From: an uncultured Gemmatimonadaceae bacterium
GTDB taxonomy: Bacteria > Gemmatimonadota > Gemmatimonadetes > Gemmatimonadales > Gemmatimonadaceae
Direction of reading: 5' to 3'
DNA length: 64,000 bases
NCBI GenBank assembly: GCA_963817955.1
Contig: CAWFQK010000004.1
Span: 1,248,001-1,312,000, forward strand
Under the pieces are notes generated by a model. The model saw only the letters and a program-made list of their open reading frames with translations. It was not told the DNA's origin and searched no databases. The position numbers and the translations under genes are program-made. Of this stretch, positions 10,205-20,175 are shown in pieces. The first letter of the stretch is position 1, and every line of letters begins with the position of its first letter.

Positions 10205-10931
10205 ACTTTTCGTATCCCGTGTCCCGTGTCCCGTGTTTCATGTCCCGTGTCTCGTGTCTCGTGTCCCGTGTCTCGTGTCCCGCCCGGAACCCCGCTGGAC
10301 GTTCGCGAGGCGCTCTTGCCAGCGCACGCCTCACGCCGTCCACATCCAGATCGTTGCCGTACACTGGCGTGCCGGGCTGCTGGCGCCACGAGTCGTCAAG
10401 CGCGCCGGCATCGACCGCATCGAACCCCAGCTCGTCGATCAGCCGCATGACGACATCTTTTGCGGCGGAATGATCGCCAGCGACAGGCAGCGCGACGCGC
10501 CGCGTACCCTTGGGGCGTCCCCACTCCATCAGATGCTGCGCGTGAATGGTGTTGAACGCCTTCACCACCGAATGGCGCAAGTGCTGCGAGACCCACCGGC
10601 TCTCTGTGGTCCCCGACTCGATCGCGTCGATGCGACCGTCGCGCTCGGGATAGTAATTGCACGTATCCACGACCACCGTGCTCTCCGGAACGTTCGCGAA
10701 CAGATCCCGGGGCAATTTCGGAATGCTCTTCTCGGGGATCGTGACGATCACCACATCCCGGCCGTGCGCCGCGACCTCCACGGTCACCGCCTTGGCACCA
10801 GTCTCTCGCGCGAGGTCGGCGAGCGTCTCCGGTCCGCGCGAGTTCGCGACTGCCACGTCATGTCCCAATGCGGTCAGGCGACGCGTGAGCGTGCCCCCGA
10901 TGTGACCTGCGCCAATGATTCCGATCTTCAT
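10179..10931 (-). CDS. F420-dependent NADP oxidoreductase-like (F420_oxidored) protein
   Basis: MKIGIIGAGHIG, NSRGPETL, VVKAFNTI, DSWRQQPGTPVY; C-terminus encoded by a heptamer repeat. Confidence 0.9.
   Translation of the reverse strand: MKIGIIGAGHIGGTLTRRLTALGHDVAVANSRGPETLADLARETGAKAVTVEVAAHGRDVVIVTIPEKSIPKLPRDLFANVPESTVVVDTCNYYPERDGRIDAIESGTTESRWVSQHLRHSVVKAFNTIHAQHLMEWGRPKGTRRVALPVAGDHSAAKDVVMRLIDELGFDAVDAGALDDSWRQQPGTPVYGNDLDVDGVRRALARAPRERPAGFRAGHETRDTRHETRDMKHGTRDTGYEKFDDDRTHI
10212..10281 (+). repeat. Heptamer tandem repeat GTGTC(C/T)C x10 (some degenerate)
   Basis: gtatccc gtgtccc gtgtccc gtgtttc atgtccc gtgtctc gtgtctc gtgtccc gtgtctc gtgtccc. Confidence 0.95.
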
Positions 10932-11057
10932 GTTCCCCTCCCGTTCCAGGCCCCCCGCGCAATATGCGGGCTCAGGGAAGCCTCGACGAGGGAACATCGC
11001 CGTCGCGAGCGTGCTCGACGGCCAGGGGCGGGCGGCGGTGGGGGGGGAAGGCTCAGA

Positions 11058-11225
11058 TCAGTTTGGTGATTCTTCGGTCTCGTCCGTGGGCGCCTGTTCG
11101 GTGGTCGCATCGCCCTCGGGCCCGTTACGGCGCGCCTTCCGGTCCTCGCGCTTCGCCTCTTTCTTCGCCTTCCGGTCCTGTTCTTTCTTACGCTTCTCGA
11201 AACCGTAGTTTGGCGTTCGGGCCAT
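11058..11225 (-). CDS. Small charged hypothetical protein (55 aa, MARTPNYGFEKRKKEQDRKAKKE...)
   Basis: Read manually; GGAG upstream; basic N-half and acidic C-half. Confidence 0.65.
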   Translation of the reverse strand: MARTPNYGFEKRKKEQDRKAKKEAKREDRKARRNGPEGDATTEQAPTDETEESPN

Positions 11226-11344
11226 AGGCGGAGACTCCGCTCCAATCGGATGTCCAAGGGTGAAGGCGCCGCCATAGCATCATGGTGTCGCGTACGATCG
11301 TAATCTAGCGATAGCCGCTCACCGCGGGCGAGGTCGCCGCTCCA

Positions 11345-13237
11345 TCACGCCTCACCAAGCAACTGCGCCACATCTCGCGACCCGGCAATCAGCCGGTCTG
11401 CGTCCTGCCCGAGCGCGCGCGCGGCGGCGATGTCGCGTGTCACACCCTCCGTCGTTCCCGCGCCCGCTCTCAGCCGCAGGAGATCGAGTCGCAGATTTTC
11501 CAGCGCCGTCACCACTTCCGCGAGCCGAGTCTCTGCCTGCACCCGCGCGGCACGGAGATCGGCCACGAGCGCGTCCTGCCGGTCGTTCGACGCTGTGTGT
11601 GCGCCACCCAGCGTGCGCTGCGCCTCGGCAAGCGACGCGTCGAGCTCCACGATCCGCGCCCGCACCACGCGCGCGTGCGACTCCAGCCCGTGCAATACCT
11701 CCGGCACGTTGCCGAGCATCTGACGGGTCTCCTTCGGAAACATGTCGTAGAGTGCCTCGGCGGACATGGCGATGGCCAACTCCGTCGCGCGGTCCTGCGC
11801 AATTGCCCGTTGTCCAAGCTTGATCGACGCAGCGCCCATCAGCAGCGCGCCCGGCTTGCCTTGCCAGAACCGCGCAAACAACGAGTCGGCGCCGGTTCGC
11901 ATGCGTCGCCACTTCGAGCTGATGATGGTGCCGAGCAATCCGAAATAGCCGCTGATGAATGAGATCGGAATGAGTGCGCGGTGATGAGAGATCACAGAGC
12001 CGGCCAGCAATGCGGCGCCCCCGAGCAACCCCAGCGCGCCACCCACGCGAAAGAGCCGCTCACGCTTGCTCTCCTTCGGTCCGAACTCGTAGAGGAATTC
12101 CTCACGGATACGCTCGAACTTGGTGCGCAATGCAGCGGCAATGTCGTCCGCCCCATATCCAAGGCGCAATACGCTCCGCATACGCATGGTCAACAGCACA
12201 ATCGGAAGGCCGATGCCGGCCGCGAGGAGCCCGACACCGGCGCCCATCCGCACCAGACTCCACCCGTGACGAGCCGTCGATTCGAACAACCCGACCGCCG
12301 GTCCAAAGCTCACGAAGAACGGGATGAGCAGTGTGACCACACGGCGCCGGTCGAGGAACACCCGCAGCGGCACTGGAAGATCGGCCCGTTTCTCGAGCGA
12401 CGGCGCCAGTGCCTCGGCGAGCGCTTCACCGGTGGGAAAGCGCGCGGTCCGGTCCTTCTCCAGGCACCTGTCGATCACCCGTGCCAGAGCAGGTGGAACG
12501 CCGCGCGCGAGCGAGCCGACAGCCGGCGCAGGCTTGGTGAGATGCTGTAACAGTACGCCCTGTGCGGTGGGCGCGCTGAACGGCAGCGTTCCGGTGAGCG
12601 CAGCAAAGCCAACGATGCCGAGCGCGTAGAGGTCGCTCCGACCATCGAGGTCCTCTCCTGCCGCCTGTTCGGGACTCATGTATTCTGGCGTGCCGAGCAC
12701 TTCGCCGACCACCGTTTCGCCACCGGCGGCATGGCGCGCGATGCCGAAGTCGAGCACCACCGTGCGATCGGTACCGCGCTCGATCATGATGTTCGCCGGT
12801 TTGATGTCGCGGTGCACCACACCCTGCGCGTGCGCGTAGGCCAGCGCCCAGGCCGCCTCTCGAAGAATTCGTGTCACCTCCTGCGCCGGCCGCGGTCCGT
12901 GTGCCGTCAACCGCTGCGCCAACGTCTCGCCATCGACAAATGCCATGACGTAGAAGACGAAGTCGCCCACTTCGTCCACCGAATGGATCGGCGCGATGTA
13001 CGGATGCGACAACCGCGCAGCGGTGCGCGCCTCCCGAAGGAACCGGTCACGCAGCGTCTGCTGCGCAGCGAGCTCCGGCGGAAGCAGCTTGATGGCAACC
13101 GACCGGTCGAGCCGCACCTCGCGCGCGAGATACACCACACCCATACCGCCCCGCCCAAGCTCGCGCTCGAGCGAGTAACGGCCGGCCACGGCCTCCTGAA
13201 AGGCGAGAAACAGCGAGTCGACGGCCGGTGCCGTCAT
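11345..13237 (-). CDS. Hanks-type Ser/Thr protein kinase with TM segments and a C-terminal coiled coil
   Basis: LGRGGMGVVY, VAIK, HRDIKPAN, DFG, GTPEYMSPE, SDLYALG. Confidence 0.93.
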   Translation of the reverse strand: MTAPAVDSLFLAFQEAVAGRYSLERELGRGGMGVVYLAREVRLDRSVAIKLLPPELAAQQTLRDRFLREARTAARLSHPYIAPIHSVDEVGDFVFYVMAFVDGETLAQRLTAHGPRPAQEVTRILREAAWALAYAHAQGVVHRDIKPANIMIERGTDRTVVLDFGIARHAAGGETVVGEVLGTPEYMSPEQAAGEDLDGRSDLYALGIVGFAALTGTLPFSAPTAQGVLLQHLTKPAPAVGSLARGVPPALARVIDRCLEKDRTARFPTGEALAEALAPSLEKRADLPVPLRVFLDRRRVVTLLIPFFVSFGPAVGLFESTARHGWSLVRMGAGVGLLAAGIGLPIVLLTMRMRSVLRLGYGADDIAAALRTKFERIREEFLYEFGPKESKRERLFRVGGALGLLGGAALLAGSVISHHRALIPISFISGYFGLLGTIISSKWRRMRTGADSLFARFWQGKPGALLMGAASIKLGQRAIAQDRATELAIAMSAEALYDMFPKETRQMLGNVPEVLHGLESHARVVRARIVELDASLAEAQRTLGGAHTASNDRQDALVADLRAARVQAETRLAEVVTALENLRLDLLRLRAGAGTTEGVTRDIAAARALGQDADRLIAGSRDVAQLLGEA

Positions 13238-13695
13238 CCGGACACGCTCGTATCCGACGCCGGAGTTGGTGCGTGCACGAACCGCCAGGCGATGGATCCA
13301 CGAAGCGCGGCACCGAATCCGCCCGCCGTCGGTGCGATCAAGGTTCCATCGCCGCGCACGAGTGTGGCGTCCGCGGCACGGAGAAAGAGGATGAGCGCAG
13401 CCGCAAACTTGGCATCGGGGACACGCACATCGACGCGGACGCGCACGCTTGCCGGACGGCCGGCTTCGGACCTGACCTCAATGCGGTTTCCGTCTTCAGC
13501 GCCCCATGTCTGCAGGTCGGGTGACGTGGACGCGGCCGGCGGCGCCATCGCAGTGATGCGTGCCTGGTAATCAGGCGGCAGCGTCGCCTCGCGCCACCAG
13601 TTCGTGGACGCCAACGCCTGCGCGGTGATCGGCACCGGCGCCGCAGCGAGCGCGAGCCGCGGGATCACATAGAGGTCCACTTGCCATGCTGCCAT
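13234..13695 (-). CDS. Hypothetical protein
   Basis: MAAWQVDLY...; ATGA overlap with the kinase start; AGGAG upstream. Confidence 0.6.
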   Translation of the reverse strand: MAAWQVDLYVIPRLALAAAPVPITAQALASTNWWREATLPPDYQARITAMAPPAASTSPDLQTWGAEDGNRIEVRSEAGRPASVRVRVDVRVPDAKFAAALILFLRAADATLVRGDGTLIAPTAGGFGAALRGSIAWRFVHAPTPASDTSVSG

Positions 13696-13803
13696 TTCGG
13701 GACTCCTGAACGCCACGAGCGAGATCCGGCACCCATGCACAAGCATATATCCTGGGCCGCGTCCTGTCGATTATGACGCATACGACCAGGGTCTTGAACA
13801 CCA

Positions 13804-14076
13804 TCAAGCCGGCGATCGTCGAACCGATGACCGTTCCCAGTACGCGAATTCCTGCACCGCACACGCACCGTCCAGATCGGCGACGCTGTCGCGTAGATAC
13901 GTCTGAGCATCTGCGATCGCGCCGTTGTACACGGACGGTGCGACCTCCTTCAGGATGAACTCCAACACGAGGGCCGCCTTCAGATCTCCGATGTCCTGGT
14001 CGAGCGACTCGGCAAAGTAGCGTTTGATCGATGCAATGGAGTGCTTCGTGGCGGCGTCAGAGAGAGAGATCTTCAT
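13804..14076 (-). CDS. DUF2164-like small protein
   Basis: SIKRYFAESLDQDIGDLKAALVLEFILKEVAPSVYNGAIADAQ resembles DUF2164. Confidence 0.75.
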   Translation of the reverse strand: MKISLSDAATKHSIASIKRYFAESLDQDIGDLKAALVLEFILKEVAPSVYNGAIADAQTYLRDSVADLDGACAVQEFAYWERSSVRRSPA

Positions 14077-14244
14077 GTCCTGAACGGCGGAGGTCGCGGC
14101 GGGATGGGGGAACGGAAGCACCGCGCCGGAGGAGCCTTGAAGATGGCGTGATCCGTCGATCCGCGCAAAATCGCGGGCCGTCGCGCGCAGAGCGAATGGC
14201 CGGCAACTGCAGCCGGCCATGCTCTACACGAAGGCGAGCGACAA

Positions 14245-14757
14245 TCAGGCTGACGGGGTCGCCAGCGGTGAGGTCGTCGACGACGGTGTGGTGCCGTCGT
14301 TGTTCGTCGTCGTATCAGCCGACGGCGTCTGGTGGTGATGATGATGGCCGTGGTGGCCCCGCACGCCCTGAGCGCCCTGCCCCCCTGAAGCCGGTGCCTG
14401 CTGCGCATCGGACTGCAGTTGCGTCAGCGCTTGCTGCGCTCCCGAGACGTCGCCCTTCTGCACGGCGGTGAACAACGCCTGAAGGTCCGGTGGCAGTTGC
14501 GTCGACGACGTAGAGCCTTGTGGCGAATACGTCGCTTGCGCGGACTGAATGTCGCTCTGAACGGCCGTCAGCGCCTGCTGCGCCGCCGACGCGTCGCCCG
14601 ATTGCACGGCGCTGAACAAGGTCGCGAAGTCGCTTCGAACCTTGCCGTGCGTCGACGCAGGCGCTGGAGGGGCGTTATTGGGTGTGTTCTGGCTGGCTGC
14701 CGCTTGCGTGAACCACTGTGCTGGGCTGGTGAGCGAGCCAATGCTGGAAATGGACAT
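14245..14757 (-). CDS. Low-complexity S/Q/A-rich protein with two GD(A/V)S(A/G)AQQALT repeats and a His tract
   Basis: MSISSIGS start with GGAGG RBS; GHHGHHHHH. Confidence 0.75.
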   Translation of the reverse strand: MSISSIGSLTSPAQWFTQAAASQNTPNNAPPAPASTHGKVRSDFATLFSAVQSGDASAAQQALTAVQSDIQSAQATYSPQGSTSSTQLPPDLQALFTAVQKGDVSGAQQALTQLQSDAQQAPASGGQGAQGVRGHHGHHHHHQTPSADTTTNNDGTTPSSTTSPLATPSA

Positions 14758-14853
14758 GCTGCCTCCCGGGAACCGAGATGAATTGGAGATCGGTGGGATG
14801 GGACGAAGCCGGGCGGGAGGCGTCGACACCGATGGATGAATGATGCGTTCTAT

Positions 14854-14881
14854 TTATCGGCAGCAGGTCTGGGAAACTTGA
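14854..14881 (-). promoter_or_regulatory. Sigma28 (FliA)-type promoter
   Basis: Minus strand TCAAGTTT-N12-GCCGATAA vs consensus TAAAGTTT-N11-GCCGATAA. Confidence 0.7.
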
Positions 14882-15034
14882 GCGCGCGAAAAAAATAGGC
14901 ACAAAGTGGCGATCGGCGGGGTTGGGGGCAGTATCGCCGGCGGTGCAGCCGATCGCGAGGCGGGGATTGGGCTCCGGACTCTATTCTGGCTGGGTGTCGC
15001 TGGCGGCTCCGTAGCGGTCGGCCCACCGGTCGGC

Positions 15035-15111
15035 GAGTTTCGAGTTTCCAGTTGTGAGTTGTGCGTCGTGAGTTTCTCGTGTCCCGTGTCTCGTGTCCCG
15101 TGTCCCGTCTC
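15035..15111 (+). repeat. Compound heptamer tandem repeat (GAGTTTC/GAGTTGT-like x6, then GTGTC(C/T)C x4)
   Basis: Directly visible, immediately after the stop of the lipoprotein gene. Confidence 0.85.
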
Positions 15112-15112
15112 G

Positions 15113-15805
15113 TTACTTCGAGATCACAACTGTTTGCGGCTTCGTGAGGTAGCGTAGTGACAGACTGCCTCCCGCACTGGTAACCTGACTCGGCGTGGTG
15201 GAGCTGGAGCGGATGAGCCAGAGGGTTCCGGCGCCGGGTTCGAGATCCGTCATCGAGGTTGCGGGCATGGTGATGCTGCTATCTCCCACGGTGGACGTGG
15301 AGACATAGGCACCTGGCCCCGCCGCTGGGGCGACGTGGAGCGTCACGGTCTCACTACCGTGCACCGGTCCCGCGAAGGAGATCTTGAAGTCCGAGGTCTT
15401 GCTCACCGTCGCGGGAATGGTTCCGGTGAACGAGATGGGCGCAATGGTGCCGGTGTTCACAAATTCGTGACTGTCGTTCGTGACAAAGCTGAACGTGTGG
15501 CCTGGCTGGAAGCCCGCCTGGCTGCCATAATATGAAGTTCCCAAGAACGCTGATTTCGTCAAATCAGACCGATTGTGACTGAGCTTGCAGTTCCCCGCCA
15601 ATTCGAGTGTCGTGCCGGTCGGCCCGGAAAATCGAAGGGTCACAACGGAATACGTGGTGTCCGTTGACGCATCGTAGCCGGCCGATAGACTTTGGTAGAT
15701 CTGATCCTGGTTGACAGCGGTGCACTGTCCCGTGTCAGTGGAGCAGGCGCTCAGCGCGCCAAACAGGATGATTGCGGATAGGGACGGGACGACGAGAGAC
15801 GTCAT
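15113..15805 (-). CDS. Beta-rich lipoprotein, hypothetical
   Basis: Lipobox LSAC; S/T/G-rich beta-strand composition. Confidence 0.7.
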   Translation of the reverse strand: MTSLVVPSLSAIILFGALSACSTDTGQCTAVNQDQIYQSLSAGYDASTDTTYSVVTLRFSGPTGTTLELAGNCKLSHNRSDLTKSAFLGTSYYGSQAGFQPGHTFSFVTNDSHEFVNTGTIAPISFTGTIPATVSKTSDFKISFAGPVHGSETVTLHVAPAAGPGAYVSTSTVGDSSITMPATSMTDLEPGAGTLWLIRSSSTTPSQVTSAGGSLSLRYLTKPQTVVISK

Positions 15806-15913
15806 GCTCGCTCCATGGACCAGAGGAAGGATTGGCAGCCATAACCTGCGCTGGTCGAATGGCATCCGGCAACCACGAACCTGATGAACCAGACCTCGGA
15901 GTCATGACACGCG

Positions 15914-16909
15914 ATGTACTCCACCTGTATCCACTGCCACGCGCCGCTTGGCACGAATGAGCTGGTCGCGCCGTGCCCGGTCGGCAGGCGGCTCGCGTTC
16001 GATGCACGGCATGGCCGCCTGTGGATCGTCTGTGCGCGCTGCCGCGAGTGGAATCTCACGCCCCTCGAGGAGCGGTGGGAAGCGATAGAGGACTGCGAAC
16101 GTCTGTTCCGTTCCACTCGCTTGCGCGCATCGACTGAGAACATCGGGCTCGCCAAGTTGCCGGAGGGGCTGGAGCTCGTGCGCATCGGTACGCCGCTCCG
16201 CCCGGAGATCGCCGCGTGGCGCTACGGCGCCGAGTTCCGGCGTCGCCGGCTCGTGGCGAGGTTGCCGGCCGCTGCACCGCTAGTGCCGATGGTCGCGCTC
16301 AACGTGCTGGGTGTCGCGCAGATAATCCCGATCTCGTTTGCCGCCGTGGGGGCCACCCTGGGGTTCGGGTCTATAGTGTACATAGTGCGCAGTCGCTGGC
16401 GGCCGCGCGTTGTGTGCGAGGATGGCCGCGTCACGCGGCTTCGGGTGCGCGAGTACAAGGAGACACGCCTGGAGCGGCGCGGCGATTCATGGGGGCTGCG
16501 CTGGCAGCCAGACGGGACTTCACCTGGATTGGAGGGCAAGCCGGCAGAGCGCGCCCTTCGCTCGATTCTCGCCGGCGCGAATTCACACGGCGGGTACGAT
16601 GCGGATATTCGCGGTGCGCTCGGTCTCCTCGACCAGATTGGCGGCGGCGACCGTTTTCTCACGCGGTTGGCGCGCGTCTGGCCGGCCGACGTTCACTGTG
16701 GCATCTGGTCCTTGCCGCCCGACGTACGCCTCGCGCTCGAAATGGCCGTGCACGAGGAGACGGAGCGGCGCGCGCTCGAGGGTGAGCTCGCCACGCTCGA
16801 GGACGAGTGGCGTCTCGCCGAGGAAGTCGCGTCAATCGCGGACAACCTCTTCCTCCCCGATGACGTCGCGGCCTCGCTTCGCGCCGCGCCGGGCGAGGCG
16901 AGTACATGA
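15914..16909 (+). CDS. Hypothetical membrane protein with an N-terminal Cys4 zinc ribbon
   Basis: CIHC...CARC, two TM helices, C-terminal HEETERRALEGEL...AEEVASIADNL. Confidence 0.8.
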   Translation: MYSTCIHCHAPLGTNELVAPCPVGRRLAFDARHGRLWIVCARCREWNLTPLEERWEAIEDCERLFRSTRLRASTENIGLAKLPEGLELVRIGTPLRPEIAAWRYGAEFRRRRLVARLPAAAPLVPMVALNVLGVAQIIPISFAAVGATLGFGSIVYIVRSRWRPRVVCEDGRVTRLRVREYKETRLERRGDSWGLRWQPDGTSPGLEGKPAERALRSILAGANSHGGYDADIRGALGLLDQIGGGDRFLTRLARVWPADVHCGIWSLPPDVRLALEMAVHEETERRALEGELATLEDEWRLAEEVASIADNLFLPDDVAASLRAAPGEAST

Positions 16910-17259
16910 AACCGATCGTCTGGTTCAAGCGACCGGCGACCACGGCGGTAGTCAAGGCGCCGCCAGCCACGCCGGCAGAACGGGAGTGGTGGCGAGAAGC
17001 GAGCAAACCTCATCGCCGGCGCATGTACAAGGTGATGATACCCGTATTCGCCGGGATGCCCATTTTCGAGAGCCTGTTGCGTTCTCCGGCGGCGTTCTTT
17101 GCCGGCAAGTGGATGACCGTCGTACCGTTGGGCGTTGGCTCTGCAGTGGTCTGTGGGCTTCTCAGTTGGTATATGATGTCGGGGCCACTATTGCGAGCCC
17201 AGCTCCCCGGCAAGCGGATACGCGACGCGCTGGTCGCCGAAGCGAGCGAGCGGGTGTAA
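16906..17259 (+). CDS. Hypothetical two-TM protein
   Basis: ATGA overlap with the upstream gene; hydrophobic segments. Confidence 0.55.
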   Translation: MKPIVWFKRPATTAVVKAPPATPAEREWWREASKPHRRRMYKVMIPVFAGMPIFESLLRSPAAFFAGKWMTVVPLGVGSAVVCGLLSWYMMSGPLLRAQLPGKRIRDALVAEASERV

Positions 17260-17325
17260 TCGCGCAGGGCCGCCCAACGTGAGCGGCCCTGCGCGCGTGT
17301 GGATGGATGTACTACCAGGAACGAA

Positions 17326-18036
17326 CTACCCCGCTGCGACCGGCGGCTGGGTTGCTGGTGTGGCTGGTGTGCCTGGTGTACCAGCCGCCACCCTGGTACG
17401 ACCCAACTTGGCGGTCGGCTTGATCTCCACCTTCCACTTCCCGAGCAGCTCGGGATCGTTCTGGAGCGCGATCTGCACCAGACAATCCAGCGCGCGAAGC
17501 GTCTTGCGTGCACTGATGACCTGCACGGCGATCTGCTCCGTCGCGCTCTGGCGCGCGCCACGACTCCGGGCACGATCGTCGATGGCGGCCACCATCGCGT
17601 TTGCCGTGTCGCGCAGCCGGCTGACGAAATCGACCGGCAGCCCCGCGGCAACGAACGTGGCGCTGTGCCGGTCCGCGTGACTTGCCATACCCATCGCGGC
17701 GCCGTGCAGCACCTGCGTACTCACCTTCGACGACGGCATGCTCAGGTCTGCCAGGTCGGGCCCCTTGGGCAGATCGGCCGCCGCGACGCGAGCGATCGGC
17801 GCCATGTGCTGCGTGACCAACACCGTGCGGAGCGTCGACTTCTTCCGGGTGAAGCCCTCTGAATCACGACTGCTGCCGAACTGCGTGGCAGCGAACCGAT
17901 TCAGGTCGGCGAGCTGCGACGACAGTTTCCGCCGTGTGCCCGATGTCGCGACGTCAGGCATTGTGGCTGCGTAGTCACCAACGAAGTTGTCAGCGGCCCG
18001 CAGCGTTTCCACGATACGTCCCTGCCGATTCTGCAT
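17326..18036 (-). CDS. Hypothetical helical protein with a P/T/A tail
   Basis: GGAGG RBS before MQNRQGRIV; amphipathic helical pattern. Confidence 0.7.
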   Translation of the reverse strand: MQNRQGRIVETLRAADNFVGDYAATMPDVATSGTRRKLSSQLADLNRFAATQFGSSRDSEGFTRKKSTLRTVLVTQHMAPIARVAAADLPKGPDLADLSMPSSKVSTQVLHGAAMGMASHADRHSATFVAAGLPVDFVSRLRDTANAMVAAIDDRARSRGARQSATEQIAVQVISARKTLRALDCLVQIALQNDPELLGKWKVEIKPTAKLGRTRVAAGTPGTPATPATQPPVAAG

Positions 18037-18179
18037 ACGACGACCTCCATATATAGGATGAGGACGCGAATGATTCAGTCCCGGCATGCGCGTCCTCACG
18101 CCGGGGGCGCCTTCTCGGAAGTGAGAAGGGCGAAATTGCTCGATCTAGGGCCGAAGTCGACTGATCGAGTGCACAGTCG

Positions 18180-18735
18180 ACTGAGCGTTTGTCGAAGTCG
18201 GCTCACGGATTGCCGACGTCGAATGGGCGATTTCCGACGTCGCGTGACCGATCGCCCAAATCGAGTGGCCAATCGCCGAAGTCGGTCGCACGAAAGGCGC
18301 TGTGCCATGGTCAAACGCCGAGGTCGAATGATTGCTTACCGAAATCCAGTGATCGATTTCCGCGGTCGGCTGAACGTTTTCTAAATCGAATGTCCGTTCG
18401 CCACAGTGAAGCAGGCCATTGCCGCAGTCGGCTACACAAAAGCCGAAGCCACATGATCGATGGCCGAAATGACGTGACCGATCAGCGAGATGAAGTGGAC
18501 GATCGTCGAAATGACGTGACGGATCAGCGAAATGAAGTGGACGATCGCCGAAAGGAGCTGACCGGCCGGCGAGATGGGTGACCGATCACCGAAATGACAT
18601 GACCGATCGGCGATATGGAGTGGCGGATCGCCGAAATGACGGGGACGGTCGGCGAAATGAGGTGGACAGTCGTCGAAGTGGGCTAACCGAACACCCCGGT
18701 CAAGTGGACGACCAGACCAATGAAGTGGACGCGCT
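18180..18735 (+). repeat. Degenerate 21-bp periodic array (heptad-coding potential)
   Basis: e.g. ccgaaatgacgtgaccgatca/gcgagatgaagtggacgatcg/tcgaaatgacgtgacggatca/gcgaaatgaagtggacgatcg. Confidence 0.8.
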
Positions 18736-19269
18736 CACGTGTCCCGTGTCTGACATCTCATGCTTCGTGAGCCGTGCCCCCTACTATCTAGTCTCCGCCG
18801 GCGCACGCCAGCGCAAGAGTAAACTACCGTTTTCTCCAAAACTTCTATCTTGCCACCAAAAAGTTGTGTTTTCACAACTGGCGTGTTTGTTATGGCAGAC
18901 AGCTGCCATTTGCGCCGAGTGCAGCGCGGGCGCACTCGCGCGTTTGCGGGTCGATACGACCGGAGGCGCGTCCGACTGCTGTGCATTTTGTGGAATGCAT
19001 CGCCGTACGGCCCCGATTGGTGCCGGAGGTACGATCGGCATCTGCGAACCATGCAGCCAGCTGGCCCTGGAGATATTGGGGCCGAGTTGACGCGGTACGT
19101 TACGCCGACCGACTGTAATTCCGACGGATTCGGCCAGCCTCGACGCCACGCAACACGCCGGCGAAACCGGTGTTTCGTCGTGGCGCACGCGCCACAGCGG
19201 ACCGCTTCGCGTCCGAATGGTCGACTACTCGCCCGCTCACCCGTCCATCAAATCGGGGCAAGCTCACCC

Positions 19270-19920
19270 TCACTGAAGCGCCGTCCTCGGGTTGACCGAT
19301 TTCGCACGCCGCGCCGGAACGTACGCTGCAATCCCGGCCACGATCACCATGAACGGCGCCGCACCGCCGAGTACTGCGGGATCCGCTGGACGCACCCGAA
19401 AGAGCAGTGAGGTCATGAGCCTCAATGCCGCGACGACACCGCCGATGCCGATGACGATGCCCAGCAAAGTGACGCGCACGCCTTGGCCCAGCACCATACG
19501 CCTGATCTGGCCAGACTCCGCGTCCAACGCCATGCGCATCCCGAATTCGCGCGCGCGCAGCGTCACACCGTACGACAATACGCCAAACAATCCGAGGGCG
19601 GCGAGACCGAGCGCGACAGACGCGAAGCTCGTGAGCAACCGCAACACGAACACGCGCTGCGCGGAGCCGCGGCCGATCACGTCGGTGAGCGGCGCCGGTC
19701 GATAGATGACGAGCTCCGGATCGATGTGCCCGATCGGGGATCGCACGGCGGATTCAATCGACGCCGGTGGAACCGACGTCGCGACGACCTGCGTGAGTGC
19801 CCAGTTTCGGTCGCCGGCGAACTGCACGTGCCAGTGATAGCCATACAGATCCGGTGTGCCTTCGGGGTCGAGCGCCACGCCGCTCACCACCCCAATGATC
19901 TCCAGCGTGCGCCCCGCCGT
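19270..19920 (-). pseudogene. C-terminal fragment of an ADOP/FtsX-like ABC permease
   Basis: GLFGVLSYGVTLRAREFGMRMALDA and YVPARRAKSVNPRTALQ; N-terminal part absent. Confidence 0.8.
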
Positions 19921-20148
19921 GCGTCGCCTGGTGATTCGCCGGCTCGCCGCCGGGCGCGCTCCTCCATCTCGAGTTGGACCACGGTCGTAACCTGTAGGTC
20001 AACGGTTTCCTGGCTTCAATGCTCAGTTTCTTGTTCATGAGGACAGGGTTCGAACCGATTGTGTCGGCGATGTTGCCGCCGCTTCGCGCGACAAGAATCT
20101 CTACTGCGTCAGGCACGTCAGCGAGCGCCGCCGCAGGGCTGGCGCGGC

Positions 20149-20168
20149 GTATATGTCTGCAATATACT
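20149..20168 (+). promoter_or_regulatory. Putative brnTA promoter/operator
   Basis: Inverted repeat GTATAT-N7-ATATAC overlapping a TATACT -10 box 7 nt before the ATG. Confidence 0.55.
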
Positions 20169-20175
20169 TCGACGC

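Noticed and set aside
18180..18735. Possible CRISPR array
   Set aside because: Units are contiguous degenerate 21-mers with no unique spacers, and there are no cas genes in the window.
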